Counted from the first letter of the stretch, positions 25,929 through 35,703 are shown. The stretch is DNA of 64,000 nt from an uncultured bacterium (GCA_903827975.1 CAIKKG010000005.1:372-64371); one strand, 5' to 3'. The notes: a model not told the origin generated them from the sequence alone. A program made the numbers and translations.

Positions 25929-26477
25929 ATGGAAGATATTACACATTACACTGACGCGCAGGTGGTTAAATATGTGCGCACGGTAGATCAGGAGGCATAT
26001 CGTGAAGTAGTGAGTAGGTATCAGGAGAAGCTACTCAGGTATGCATATTATCTTACGCAACAAGAACTAGAGTCTGCTGATATAGTTCAACGCTCATTTA
26101 TAAATGCTTTCATTAATCTAAATAGCTTTAATGAAAAGATGAAGTTTTCTTCGTGGATATATCGCATAGTTCACAATGAGGCGATTAATTCACTTATTAA
26201 ACACAAGAGCGAGACGCCTATAGAAGATGGAATGGATTTTGAGGGAGGTGAAAGCAGCGAGGAGATTTTTTCAAAAAAAGAGAATCTAGAGCTTGTAAGT
26301 TCGTGTCTTTCGAGGATTCCATTGATTTACGCTGAGCCGCTATCTCTTTTTTTTCTTGAAGAGAAATCATATGAAGAGATAAGCGATATCTTAAGAATTC
26401 CGGCAAGTACAGTTGGTACAAGAATTAGTCGAGCAAAAGTATTTATGAAAAAAATATGTCAAACCAAAAACAAATAG
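25929..26477 (+). CDS. ECF-type RNA polymerase sigma factor (sigma-70 family)
   Basis: region 2 (SWIYRIVHNEAIN) and region 4 HTH (YEEISDILRIPASTVGTRISRA). Confidence 0.85.
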   Translation: MEDITHYTDAQVVKYVRTVDQEAYREVVSRYQEKLLRYAYYLTQQELESADIVQRSFINAFINLNSFNEKMKFSSWIYRIVHNEAINSLIKHKSETPIEDGMDFEGGESSEEIFSKKENLELVSSCLSRIPLIYAEPLSLFFLEEKSYEEISDILRIPASTVGTRISRAKVFMKKICQTKNK

Positions 26478-26974
26478 AAACTCAGGATAATATTTCATCA
26501 CTTATTAAAAGTGGGAAGATAAAAATGAAACCCAGGTGGTACTTTTTACTTGGCTCAATCGCAATGTTTTCAGGACTTTTTGGTATTGCAACGCTCTCCA
26601 TATTTTTAACAAGTTTAATAACATTCTCACTTCGTACGCACGGGCCAATGGGGGAGATTAGATATGAGCAGTTGCTTTCAAGCTTTCCATGGTGGGCGAT
26701 TCCAGTTGTGATTCTTGGAATTGGGGTTGGTATATGGATTTTGCGTGAGTACGATTTTTCATATAAACATAATTTTTTATATATAGTCATTGGTGCTGTG
26801 GCAGCAATACTTTTTATCGGTTGGAGTATTAATTATTTCGGATTTGATAGTGGGTGGATGGGGCGTGGAGGTATGCGTGGATTGTATCAGCAATATGACG
26901 GTGGAATGATGCGTAGTGGTGGACGTGGCATGCAGCGCGCTATGTATGATGGCAGTCAGATATATTCAAGATAA
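26456..26974 (+). CDS. membrane protein overlapping the sigma gene by 22 nt (candidate anti-sigma factor); Gly/Met/Arg-rich tail
   Basis: 3-4 TM; position and overlap typical of anti-sigma partners; tail GWMGRGGMRG...GGMMRSGGRGMQRAM. Confidence 0.4.
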   Translation: MSNQKQIETQDNISSLIKSGKIKMKPRWYFLLGSIAMFSGLFGIATLSIFLTSLITFSLRTHGPMGEIRYEQLLSSFPWWAIPVVILGIGVGIWILREYDFSYKHNFLYIVIGAVAAILFIGWSINYFGFDSGWMGRGGMRGLYQQYDGGMMRSGGRGMQRAMYDGSQIYSR

Positions 26975-27017
26975 GAAAAATATAGCGGTGTATTTTTATA
27001 AGTGGTAGGATTTAGAT

Positions 27018-27209
27018 ATGAACATCTTTAAGCCATACACCTTGAATTGGCAGCATGGGAGTATTTTTAAGATCTCTATGATTTCTGGGGGGATAGCAAT
27101 CGGGACATACTGGTATCAATTTTTTACCCAGTTTATTTTGTTATTTGTAACCATCGCAGTCATTGGTGGATTATATGTCAGCTATGATTGGTGGAAGCAA
27201 ATAAAATAA
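27018..27209 (+). CDS. small membrane protein
   Basis: 63 aa with 2 TM. Confidence 0.3.
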   Translation: MNIFKPYTLNWQHGSIFKISMISGGIAIGTYWYQFFTQFILLFVTIAVIGGLYVSYDWWKQIK

Positions 27210-27321
27210 AAAACCTTGGTATTATATTTCTCGGTAAAAAAATATAGAACCGCTGACATGGTTTCAGCGGTTCAGTCATATAAAAGTTGGATTAAAATGA
27301 GTAATAATATATTCTAATTTT

Positions 27322-28407
27322 ATGAGCACAAATGTGGCACAAGCTAATGTAAGGAAGTTTAATTTTCACGTTTCATACCTGAATGGATTCGCTCTTATTA
27401 GCATTATTTTTATTCATCTTATTGATTGGTCTAATCTATCAATCTCTCCAAGCGCTCAGATAATAAAAGATTTTCTTCGTGCTGGTGTGATATTGTTTGT
27501 TTTCGTTGCTGGGGCAGTTACATTCATGGCCTATGAGGGCCGAACTCTTATAGAGTCTACAAAACGCTTATTGCGTAGAGGTATTGAGACGCTCTTTTTT
27601 TATTATCTTTATAGTCTAATAAAACTATTTATTTTTAATTTTTCTACACAACCATTTTACGAACAGTTTATAGGAATAGGTAAGTTTAGTTTTTTGGACA
27701 TTCTTAAATTCCGTAGCTTCTCAGTTCCAATAACAATTCTTATTACATTTGCCTTCCTCTTTATGTTCTCCCCAGTGCTTCTCTATATACATAAGAAAAC
27801 GAAGAGTCCGATTCGTAATATCGCGCTACTCATTGCGGGACTTCTAGGTATTAATTATCTAACCTCTATTCCATCATTAAATAATCCTATAATTAAGTTT
27901 TTATATTCAGATGGATTTGTGCTTTTCCCGCTCGCGCTCTGGATTGTTCCATTCGCACTCGGCTTTTTTGTCGCGCAGAACGGATTTGAAAAGCAGAAGA
28001 AAAAGGTTCTTATTGTGAGCGGGTTAATCACGTTTTTTTACGGAGTGATATATTTTGTGCAACAAAAGTCACTTCTCCCATATGACTATGAGTTTCCACT
28101 CTCACTATATTTTATATCCTCTGGTATATTCTTTGCCTCATTACTCCTTTATTTATTCTGGTATTTAGAGCACGTACATAAGACTTGGATTATGAAAATA
28201 ATGGCTGGACTTAGGTTGCTCGGCGATAACACGCTTAACCTATATCTTTTTCACTGGATTGTTATTGATTGTACGATTTGGATGTTTTCACCACACACAG
28301 ACCTTATACTTGTTTCCGTACCTCTATTTTTCGTATTATATTTTATATTTAACAGAGAGAAATATGCCAAGTATTATATTAGTCAGAAAGGTTTGTCTAC
28401 GTCTTAG
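27322..28407 (+). CDS. acyltransferase family 3 (OafA/OatA-like) integral membrane protein
   Basis: ~10 TM; N-terminal YLNGFALISIIFIHL like the acyltransferase_3 start. Confidence 0.5.
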   Translation: MSTNVAQANVRKFNFHVSYLNGFALISIIFIHLIDWSNLSISPSAQIIKDFLRAGVILFVFVAGAVTFMAYEGRTLIESTKRLLRRGIETLFFYYLYSLIKLFIFNFSTQPFYEQFIGIGKFSFLDILKFRSFSVPITILITFAFLFMFSPVLLYIHKKTKSPIRNIALLIAGLLGINYLTSIPSLNNPIIKFLYSDGFVLFPLALWIVPFALGFFVAQNGFEKQKKKVLIVSGLITFFYGVIYFVQQKSLLPYDYEFPLSLYFISSGIFFASLLLYLFWYLEHVHKTWIMKIMAGLRLLGDNTLNLYLFHWIVIDCTIWMFSPHTDLILVSVPLFFVLYFIFNREKYAKYYISQKGLSTS

Positions 28408-28458
28408 CATCATGATAGTCTGATTTTAGTTCATCCTATATTAAAAAAAGGAGGGGGT

Positions 28459-28815
28459 ATGCGGCTTTCTGTCGTGTGTATTGTTCTAGCACTTATTCTC
28501 TATACCGTTGCAGTTTGGTCTGAATGGGCGAAGCAACGTCTGAAATTCTGGATGGTCGCTTTATTCACTTTTGGATTTGTGTTTGATCTTATTGGAACAT
28601 CACTCATGTTTCTTAGGGCTACACGTATATTTGTATTTAGCGTTCACTCCTTTTTTGGGCTCTTAGCGCTTCTAATAATGCTCCTTCATTTACTCTGGGC
28701 ATTACTTGCTATTACGAGGCAGGGAATTGCAGAGGCATATTTCACAAGGTTTTCCAGATTCGCCTGGGTATTGTGGCTTATCGCATTTATAAGTGGAATT
28801 CCCAAGGGTATGTAA
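28459..28815 (+). CDS. small 4-TM membrane protein
   Basis: strong SD aggaggggg; four hydrophobic helices. Confidence 0.45.
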   Translation: MRLSVVCIVLALILYTVAVWSEWAKQRLKFWMVALFTFGFVFDLIGTSLMFLRATRIFVFSVHSFFGLLALLIMLLHLLWALLAITRQGIAEAYFTRFSRFAWVLWLIAFISGIPKGM

Positions 28816-28821
28816 ATTACA

Positions 28822-28860
28822 AACCGCCAGTCATACGTAGACTCGGCGGTTTTTATTTTT
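28822..28860 (+). terminator. rho-independent terminator
   Basis: accgcc...ggcggt stem followed by a T-run. Confidence 0.6.
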
Positions 28861-28922
28861 ATGTGAATAAATGGGTATTGACTGGATGTGAGGGCTGATA
28901 TATCATTCAAACATTCATTTGA

Positions 28923-29213
28923 ATGAATATGCGTACAAAAAAGGACATAAAAGATATTGCAAAGCTTTTGCGCACCGCGGGAGATATTGGTCGATTAAAT
29001 ATTCTTTGCGTAATTTTTGATAAAAAAGATATTTGCGTTTCTGATATTGCAAAGCAACTTGGTCTAAGCGTGGCCATTACCTCGCATCATCTGAAAGTCA
29101 TGGCAAAAATAGGCCTACTGATTTCAAATAGATCAGGAAAGAAAATCTGTTATGAGCTTCCTAAAACGCCATTCGTTCGAGATCTGAAGGGTTTCATCTG
29201 TAAATATAAATAA
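28923..29213 (+). CDS. ArsR/SmtB-family transcriptional regulator
   Basis: HTH VSDIAKQLGLSVAITSHHLKVMAKIGLL. Confidence 0.75.
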   Translation: MNMRTKKDIKDIAKLLRTAGDIGRLNILCVIFDKKDICVSDIAKQLGLSVAITSHHLKVMAKIGLLISNRSGKKICYELPKTPFVRDLKGFICKYK

Positions 29214-29232
29214 ATAATTAACATATAAAAAC

Positions 29233-29472
29233 ATGAGCACACATTCTGTAACAGTATATTCAACGCCAAGCTGCCCATACTGCGTTATGGCGAAAAACTA
29301 TTTTAAGAAAAACGGAGTAGAGTTTAATGATATTGATGTGAGCATTGATACAAGTGCAGCAAACGAGATGGTGAGAAAGAGCGGACAGATGGGAGTTCCA
29401 GTTGTTGAGATTGATAACCAGATTGTTATTGGGTTTCAGCCAGACGCATTTGAGGAACTTCTTTCAGCATAA
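29233..29472 (+). CDS. glutaredoxin-like protein (NrdH/Grx fold)
   Basis: VYSTPSCPYCVMAK CPYC active site; 79 aa. Confidence 0.8.
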   Translation: MSTHSVTVYSTPSCPYCVMAKNYFKKNGVEFNDIDVSIDTSAANEMVRKSGQMGVPVVEIDNQIVIGFQPDAFEELLSA

Positions 29473-29480
29473 GTCTGAGA

Positions 29481-29505
29481 AAAACGCCCGATGGGCGTTT
29501 TTTAT
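29481..29505 (+). terminator. rho-independent terminator
   Basis: aaaacgccc-gatg-ggcgtttttt. Confidence 0.65.
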
Positions 29506-29531
29506 TTAGATATGTTTAATAAAATATCTGG

Positions 29532-29540
29532 TGGTATAAT
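29532..29540 (+). promoter_or_regulatory. extended -10 TGGTATAAT 7 nt upstream of ATG 29548 (leaderless)
   Basis: consensus TGnTATAAT. Confidence 0.45.
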
Positions 29541-29547
29541 TCTGCAT

Positions 29548-29967
29548 ATGGACACACACATTCCAAACCCACGTATTGAGGAGCGCTCTCAGTCAGGTCC
29601 GCACCTAACTACACATGAGCACACAGGTTTTAATGGTCGCTTAGCACTTCTTATTACCAATATGGTAAGTACGATGTGGTGTGCATATCTTTTCGCGCTT
29701 CTAGCTCTTATAAGTCTTCCAGAGGCCCTAAATGGTGGAACCTCATCAATAATTTCATGGGTCGCACAGACATTTCTCCAGTTGGTTCTTCTCTCGGTTA
29801 TTATGGTTGGTCAGAAGGTTGCAGCAAAGGCTTCAGATAAACGTGCAATACAGACATATAAGGATACTGAGGCATTACTTAAAATGCAGGATGAAGTATT
29901 ACAACTTACAAAGGCAAACAGTGAACTTACTAAGCAGATTCATGATTCTTTAATAAAAAAGGCCTAA
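29548..29967 (+). CDS. DUF1003-like membrane protein (paralog of 43992..44501)
   Basis: start moved downstream of terminator/promoter; two TM and a coiled C-terminus similar to 43992 ORF. Confidence 0.5.
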   Translation: MDTHIPNPRIEERSQSGPHLTTHEHTGFNGRLALLITNMVSTMWCAYLFALLALISLPEALNGGTSSIISWVAQTFLQLVLLSVIMVGQKVAAKASDKRAIQTYKDTEALLKMQDEVLQLTKANSELTKQIHDSLIKKA

Positions 29968-29974
29968 GCCGAAT

Positions 29975-30472
29975 ATGGAGAACCCGGAACACGCACAGAG
30001 AGAAGAAAATATAGAAACAAAAGAAGCCCAGCAAAACCCAAACAGGATTGGGGAGCTTTTAAGTGTTGGCACTGATTTAGCAACCTCTCCTGATAAGGTC
30101 TATAGAAGTGTCGGTGATATTGGCGCAATAAATGATTTAAAAGAAAGCGGTATTGTTAGAAACGCCAAGTCCGCTGGAGTTAAGGAGAATAGCAGATGGG
30201 GAGATGCGGTTTTTTGGAGTCGTGGCAGAGACGGAGGGTATCACATTGTTTCACAGGGCGGATTTGTCATTGAGGCGCCATTTTCTGTTGCAAGTGAGAG
30301 GGCGGTTACAAGCGAAGATATTACGGCAATTTATACAAAAAATGAAAAAGGAGAGGTCTCGAACACATTAGCAGTGGAACGCGCGAGCGAGGGGTTAATC
30401 AAAAGTGAGCGGGAAGCGTCCGATATCAAGCACTTAGAAGAAGTAAGAAGAAGTCTCGGATTAATAGAATAA
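29975..30472 (+). CDS. hypothetical protein
   Basis: 165-aa ORF; no recognisable motifs. Confidence 0.4.
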   Translation: MENPEHAQREENIETKEAQQNPNRIGELLSVGTDLATSPDKVYRSVGDIGAINDLKESGIVRNAKSAGVKENSRWGDAVFWSRGRDGGYHIVSQGGFVIEAPFSVASERAVTSEDITAIYTKNEKGEVSNTLAVERASEGLIKSEREASDIKHLEEVRRSLGLIE

Positions 30473-30540
30473 GTGTGTTTTGCCTGATGCACAAAATCAG
30501 TAATCTGGTATAATGAATCTGTTAGTAAAAGTAGTTTAAT

Positions 30541-30577
30541 AAAACCCCTTGTGAGGAGGGGTTTTATTGTTTTTTTG
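30541..30577 (+). terminator. rho-independent terminator
   Basis: aaaacccct-tgtgagg-aggggtttt followed by a T-run. Confidence 0.6.
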
Positions 30578-30618
30578 GGTGGGTTGAGTCGCACGCCGCA
30601 AAGTGGCAAAATTAATAC

Positions 30619-31005
30619 ATGGGAATATATTTAACATCACTAGTTTCATTACTTGTACTCGACGGGCTTTGGATTACGGTTATTGCAAAATCTTTTTATA
30701 AGAAATATCTCGGGTATATTTTTGCAGAACAGTTTGTCTTGTGGCCGGCTGCGTTATTTTATCTACTTTATGCATTTGGCATCTTTTACTTTGTTGTAAC
30801 CCCAGCGATAGAAGCGAAGTCATTATCAGTTGCGCTTTTTCGCGGTGCACTTCTAGGGTTGTTGGCATATTCAACTTATGATTTAACAAACCATGCAACG
30901 ATTGCAAGGTGGCCACTTATTATTACGCTCACAGACATTGCGTGGGGAACCTTCGTTACTGCTGTTGTAAGTGCCATCGCATATTTTGTCGCTACAAAAT
31001 TTTAA
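30619..31005 (+). CDS. DUF2177-like 4-TM membrane protein
   Basis: 128 aa, four TM. Confidence 0.4.
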   Translation: MGIYLTSLVSLLVLDGLWITVIAKSFYKKYLGYIFAEQFVLWPAALFYLLYAFGIFYFVVTPAIEAKSLSVALFRGALLGLLAYSTYDLTNHATIARWPLIITLTDIAWGTFVTAVVSAIAYFVATKF

Positions 31006-31031
31006 TTTTCATATATCTCGCTTATTAATAT

Positions 31032-31547
31032 ATGAAAAAAGAAACCATTGTTACGGTGCGCGACAAAATGCAGAATAGCTACCAGTATAAACTAACCGAG
31101 CCCATCGGAAAGAACTTCACACCAGATTTTAAACCCGATCTTACACCTAAGGAGATGCTCGCACTCGGCGTATTTGGGGGGAAGTATATGACTGATTGTG
31201 GAAAGGAGTTTCCACTTAGTTGGTTTTCGCACGCAAAATTCTCCCCTGAATTTTATGATAAAAAGCTAAATTATTTTCATGTGCGTGCGAGTCAGCCTCT
31301 TAAGGTATGGCGTGAGAATGGTTGGATAAATGAGGAGCATGATCCACGCGGATGGTTTCAGTGGTATTGCAGATATTATATGGGGCGACGACTTCCTGAT
31401 GAGGACGTGCATCAAATTAAGAGATGGCGGGCAATGCGCCGACACGTTTCGCAGGTCATGAAGTATTGTAGGCCCGGAGAATTAGAGTGCAGACCCGTTC
31501 AACGACAGGCTCTTTTGCACTGGGCATACGATTCTAGAAATATATAG
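31032..31547 (+). CDS. hypothetical protein (Trp/Arg-rich, soluble)
   Basis: 171-aa ORF; no recognisable family. Confidence 0.4.
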   Translation: MKKETIVTVRDKMQNSYQYKLTEPIGKNFTPDFKPDLTPKEMLALGVFGGKYMTDCGKEFPLSWFSHAKFSPEFYDKKLNYFHVRASQPLKVWRENGWINEEHDPRGWFQWYCRYYMGRRLPDEDVHQIKRWRAMRRHVSQVMKYCRPGELECRPVQRQALLHWAYDSRNI

Positions 31548-31640
31548 ATAATTTTCCAGGAAAAATTATACACAGTTAGATTTAATACCTTAATCAGGTG
31601 GTATAATATATATTAGGAAGAAATTAAATATATAAAATAA

Positions 31641-34295
31641 ATGGCCATACAATCAGAAGAAAATATACAAAAAGAATTAACTGCTTCCGAACTACGTTAT
31701 CGTAGTTTATTCGATTCCTCACAAAATGGAATTCTTTTGCTTGATTTTGAGACTGGGGTTATTACAGATGTAAATAAGTTCCTCATTGATCTACTAGGCT
31801 TCTCTAAAGAAGAGCTTCTAAAAAAGTATATCTGGGACATAGGTGTTTTTAAGGATGTAGTTGAGTCAAAAGATAACTTCCAAAAACTGCGGGAAAGTGG
31901 GTATATTCGTTTTGAAAACCTTCCACTCGAAACAAAGGTTGGTAAGAAAATTTCCGTCGAGTTTATTTCAAGCGTGTACTTTGTTGCGAATAAAAAAATT
32001 ATTCAGTGCGATATTCGCGATATTTCTGATAGAGTCAGGGCAGAAAATAAACTTGCTTTTGCGAATTCTAAGTCTCTCGAGATGTTTGAAGCATTGAATG
32101 AGGGATTTATTAATGTTGATGATAGTGGAAACTTTACGCAGTTCAATAAAGCTGTGCTAAATATTCTTAATGTTACTGAGTCTCAGTTTAAAAGTAGGTC
32201 AGCCACAGATCCGATTTGGAAATCATATCGCCTTGATGAAACTAACTTTCCGTTAGATGAGCAGCCAGTCCCGATTGCTTTTAAAACCGGCAAAAAGAAT
32301 TCTGCAGTAATTGGAGTAGAGTCAATCGCTGGGGATATTCGCTGGATTAACGTTATTGCAACTCCATATTTTTTAATTGATGAATTAACCGGAAAAGAAA
32401 CAAATGTACGTAACGTGCTTGTTATTTTTGACGATGTAACCCGGTTGAAAGTGCAGTCAGACGAGATGTCAATTTTGAATGAACAGTTTATTTACGCTCA
32501 GAAAATTTCAAAAACAGGAAGCTTTTCTCTCGATTTTCATACAAACAAAGCGACACTATCTGATGAGGCTTTAGAAATATACGGTCTTCCAAAAAATGAG
32601 CGAACAATAACAAATGAGCATTTTTTGAAACTGGTTAAGCCGAGCGATAGAGAAAGGATTATGAGTGAGATTCAGGCAGTAATAAATAGTGGTGAAAGTA
32701 GAAAAAGCATATACAGTGTTTTTGCAGAAAACGATGGCGAGAAAATAATTAGTGCTAAAGTAAATGTAACTAGTGCTAAAATCGGCCACCCAGCAAAACT
32801 TGTCGGTGTATTTACTGATATTACAGAGGAAGAAAAAGCAAGGATTGAATTAGAATCAAGTAAGATGCGCTATAGGCGACTATTTGAAACCACGGAAGAT
32901 GGTATTTTGCTTGTTGATTTAAATACAGGAATTATTGTGGATATTAATCCATTTCTTTCTAAAATTCTTGGCTACTCAAAAGATGATTTAATTGGAAAAC
33001 ATCTATGGGAAATAGGTTCTTTTAAGGATACCATCGCATCGCAAGAAAACTTCAAGAAATTGCAGGAAAGCGGACATATTCGTTTTGAAGATCTTACTCT
33101 TGAAACAAAAATGGGTGGAATATTAAGTGTTGATTTTTTGGCAAATTCATTTATTTCAGATGACGAGAAAATTATTCAGTGTAATATTCGCGATATCACA
33201 CAAAAGAAAAAAAGTGATTTTTTAATTTCTGAATTAGTAAATGCAGTAAATGCATCTGGTGAGGCAATCTTTATGACGAATGCCAATGGTACAATCTCTT
33301 TTATTAATGATGAATTTATAAGGCTTTACGGATATACGAGAGAAGAGGTTTTAGATAGGACAACGCCACGCATATTAAAGAGTAGTGGTAGAAAGCCTGA
33401 GGAGCATGCAGAGCTTTGGGGTAAATTAATTAGCGGTGAGATAGTTAGAGAAGAGCATATAAATAAGGCAAAAGATGGGAGATTAATAACTGTTGATAGT
33501 GTTTCAAGTCCAATTTTTGATAATGATAAAAATCTCGTTGGCTTTTTTTCAATTCAGCGTGATATTTCAGATCGCGCGATTTCAGAAGCTCGCATTAAAC
33601 AATTGAATGAGTTGCGTGGAAGATTTCTTAATATTATTGCTCATCAACTAAGAACTCCACTCTCATCAATCAACTGGAATCTTGAAATGTTGATTGATGG
33701 TGATATGGGCAAGATGCAGGAATTGCAGAAGAAATTTATTCAGGTTACTCATGCAGAAAGCAAAAAGATTTCAAATAGACTCAACGAGCTCCTATCTGCA
33801 ATAGACATTGAAGACAATAAAGTATCCTTAATTAAAGAAAAAACGCCATTTGAAAGCATTTTAGCCTCAGCATTTAGTGAGCTAAAGGATAGGTTTAATC
33901 AGAAAGAGTTAAAAGTTAATTATGATGTGCCAATTACTTCTTTGCCATTGATCGAAGTTGATTCAGAAAAAACCAGGTCGGCCATTCTCGCAATTCTCGA
34001 GAACTCAGTTGATTATACGAAGGAGGGTGGCTCTGTTGTGATTAAGCTTTCTCAAGAGGGTGATGTTATTCACCTTGATGTGACGGATACTGGAGTTGGT
34101 GTGCCAAAAGCGGAACAGGACAGGGTTTATGAGCGTTTTTACCGCGCATCTAATGCCTCCGTTATGCATCCTGATGGCTTTGGTCTTGGTCTTTATGTTG
34201 CAAAGAGCTTTGTTGAATTAAATGGTGGCAAGATTGGATTTGAAAGTGAGGAGAACAAGGGAAGTAGGTTTTGGATTGAGTTTCCTCATAAATAA
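31641..34295 (+). CDS. multi-PAS sensor histidine kinase (cytoplasmic)
   Basis: several PAS units including two paralogous ~115-aa repeats; HisKA IAHQLRTPLSSI; HATPase_c DTGVGVP...GFGLGL. Confidence 0.85.
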   Translation: MAIQSEENIQKELTASELRYRSLFDSSQNGILLLDFETGVITDVNKFLIDLLGFSKEELLKKYIWDIGVFKDVVESKDNFQKLRESGYIRFENLPLETKVGKKISVEFISSVYFVANKKIIQCDIRDISDRVRAENKLAFANSKSLEMFEALNEGFINVDDSGNFTQFNKAVLNILNVTESQFKSRSATDPIWKSYRLDETNFPLDEQPVPIAFKTGKKNSAVIGVESIAGDIRWINVIATPYFLIDELTGKETNVRNVLVIFDDVTRLKVQSDEMSILNEQFIYAQKISKTGSFSLDFHTNKATLSDEALEIYGLPKNERTITNEHFLKLVKPSDRERIMSEIQAVINSGESRKSIYSVFAENDGEKIISAKVNVTSAKIGHPAKLVGVFTDITEEEKARIELESSKMRYRRLFETTEDGILLVDLNTGIIVDINPFLSKILGYSKDDLIGKHLWEIGSFKDTIASQENFKKLQESGHIRFEDLTLETKMGGILSVDFLANSFISDDEKIIQCNIRDITQKKKSDFLISELVNAVNASGEAIFMTNANGTISFINDEFIRLYGYTREEVLDRTTPRILKSSGRKPEEHAELWGKLISGEIVREEHINKAKDGRLITVDSVSSPIFDNDKNLVGFFSIQRDISDRAISEARIKQLNELRGRFLNIIAHQLRTPLSSINWNLEMLIDGDMGKMQELQKKFIQVTHAESKKISNRLNELLSAIDIEDNKVSLIKEKTPFESILASAFSELKDRFNQKELKVNYDVPITSLPLIEVDSEKTRSAILAILENSVDYTKEGGSVVIKLSQEGDVIHLDVTDTGVGVPKAEQDRVYERFYRASNASVMHPDGFGLGLYVAKSFVELNGGKIGFESEENKGSRFWIEFPHK

Positions 34296-34353
34296 ACTGT
34301 TTATTGGATGACTTACCGCATCGCCTAGTTTTGGCGTATAATAATTAATACAC

Positions 34354-34857
34354 ATGCGTAAGTTTTTCAGAAAACATTCATATCAGTTATTTAAAGCTGG
34401 AATATTTATTAAAGCCGGAATTGCAATTGCCGAGATTATAGTAGGCGTCGCATTTTATTTCCTAAGTTACGAGACAATGAATGCTATTCTTACATCTGTT
34501 TTACAGATTGTTGTAAAAAACCCAGAAAGTGGTATCTGGAGCATGGTAAACTCAGGGTTTAGAGATTTAATTATTTACTCAACTTCATTCTGGGCATTTA
34601 TATTCCTTTCTCACGGCATTACGAAAATTCTACTTACTAGAGGCCTATTAAAAAATAAGGCGTGGGCATATATTGCATCATTGGTCGTATTTTCCTACTT
34701 TATTATTAATCAGATTTATCAAACACTGCAACACCCATCATTTGCACTCGAGTTAATTACTGTGTTCGATATTATCGTGGTCTACTTAATATTTTACGAG
34801 TATAGGAGGAGTATATCGAGGAGAAAGTCTGAAGATGTGTCATTGCAACAGAATTAA
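34354..34857 (+). CDS. DUF2127-like membrane protein
   Basis: 4 TM. Confidence 0.4.
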   Translation: MRKFFRKHSYQLFKAGIFIKAGIAIAEIIVGVAFYFLSYETMNAILTSVLQIVVKNPESGIWSMVNSGFRDLIIYSTSFWAFIFLSHGITKILLTRGLLKNKAWAYIASLVVFSYFIINQIYQTLQHPSFALELITVFDIIVVYLIFYEYRRSISRRKSEDVSLQQN

Positions 34858-34871
34858 AATATCAAAAATAG

Positions 34872-34877
34872 TATAAT
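34872..34877 (+). promoter_or_regulatory. -10 TATAAT 6 nt upstream of ATG 34884 (leaderless)
   Basis: no SD. Confidence 0.4.
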
Positions 34878-34883
34878 AAACAT

Positions 34884-35390
34884 ATGGAGAAAGAAATAAA
34901 AAACTCAAAGCATAAATTCGGAACATGTGGTATGGCATGCGGGAGCGTATGGTGTACTGCAGTTAAGTGGTTGATACTTGTTGTTGCATTCGCAATTGTC
35001 TTTGTTCTAGGAATGATTAACGGAGCAGTGCGCACAGCTAATTATTATGAGCTAGACACACTAACAAACGCAGGCACGGGATTGCGCTATGGAATGATGA
35101 ATGGATATGGGGCTGAGCGTGGTGGATTCGGAATGATGCGCGGATATAAGGATGATACAAGAAGTCTTGAAAAGGTATTTGGCTCAATTACAAACATAAC
35201 TGGAAATACTATAAGTATTTTAGATAATGGTGGAAATACTGTATCAATATTTTCTTCTGCTAATACTGCTATTTTTTCTGGTCAGAGCGAGACGAGTATC
35301 AACTCTCTTGTTGTCGGGCAGGACGCATCAGTCTTCGGCACTCGTGATTTAGATGGAAGGATGAGGGCACAGTATATTTACACCAAATAA
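34884..35390 (+). CDS. membrane-anchored protein with Gly/Met-rich segment (RYGMMNGYGAERGGFGMMRGY)
   Basis: one TM; low-complexity G/M motif shared with the 25470 and 26456 ORFs. Confidence 0.45.
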   Translation: MEKEIKNSKHKFGTCGMACGSVWCTAVKWLILVVAFAIVFVLGMINGAVRTANYYELDTLTNAGTGLRYGMMNGYGAERGGFGMMRGYKDDTRSLEKVFGSITNITGNTISILDNGGNTVSIFSSANTAIFSGQSETSINSLVVGQDASVFGTRDLDGRMRAQYIYTK

Positions 35391-35404
35391 GCAGTAAAAT
35401 AGAA

Positions 35405-35436
35405 CTCCACCACTCATTTGAGTGGTGGTTTTTATT
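35405..35436 (+). terminator. rho-independent terminator
   Basis: ccaccactc-attt-gagtggtgg followed by TTTTT. Confidence 0.65.
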
Positions 35437-35462
35437 ATTAGCCAGAGTTTGCTGTGTTGGTA

Positions 35463-35468
35463 TATACT
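35463..35468 (+). promoter_or_regulatory. -10 TATACT 7 nt upstream of ATG 35476 (leaderless)
   Basis: preceded by tgttgg. Confidence 0.35.
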
Positions 35469-35475
35469 TAAGTAT

Positions 35476-35694
35476 ATGAGAAAAAGGCTTTGGAAATGGT
35501 TCATGTATCTAACTAATAATGAGGAGGTCTCGCGTCACGAGGAGCACTTTGATGTTGTTTTCTTTGTGGTAAACACAATAGCGGTCATGGTTGGTGTCTA
35601 CCTTTTTATTTCAAAGGGTGAGGCTCAGTGGATTCCAGTTCTTGTAATCGAATATGCGTGGGCACTTGATAATATGCGCCACAATAGGCCATAA
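35476..35694 (+). CDS. small membrane protein (start moved to MRKRLWKWF)
   Basis: upstream part of the track ORF overlaps the terminator/promoter. Confidence 0.35.
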   Translation: MRKRLWKWFMYLTNNEEVSRHEEHFDVVFFVVNTIAVMVGVYLFISKGEAQWIPVLVIEYAWALDNMRHNRP

Positions 35695-35703
35695 AGCGTA
35701 ATA

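Noticed and set aside
29491-29547. Track start codon for the DUF1003-like gene
   Set aside because: It lies inside the glutaredoxin terminator hairpin and upstream of a TGGTATAAT -10. The start was moved to 29548.
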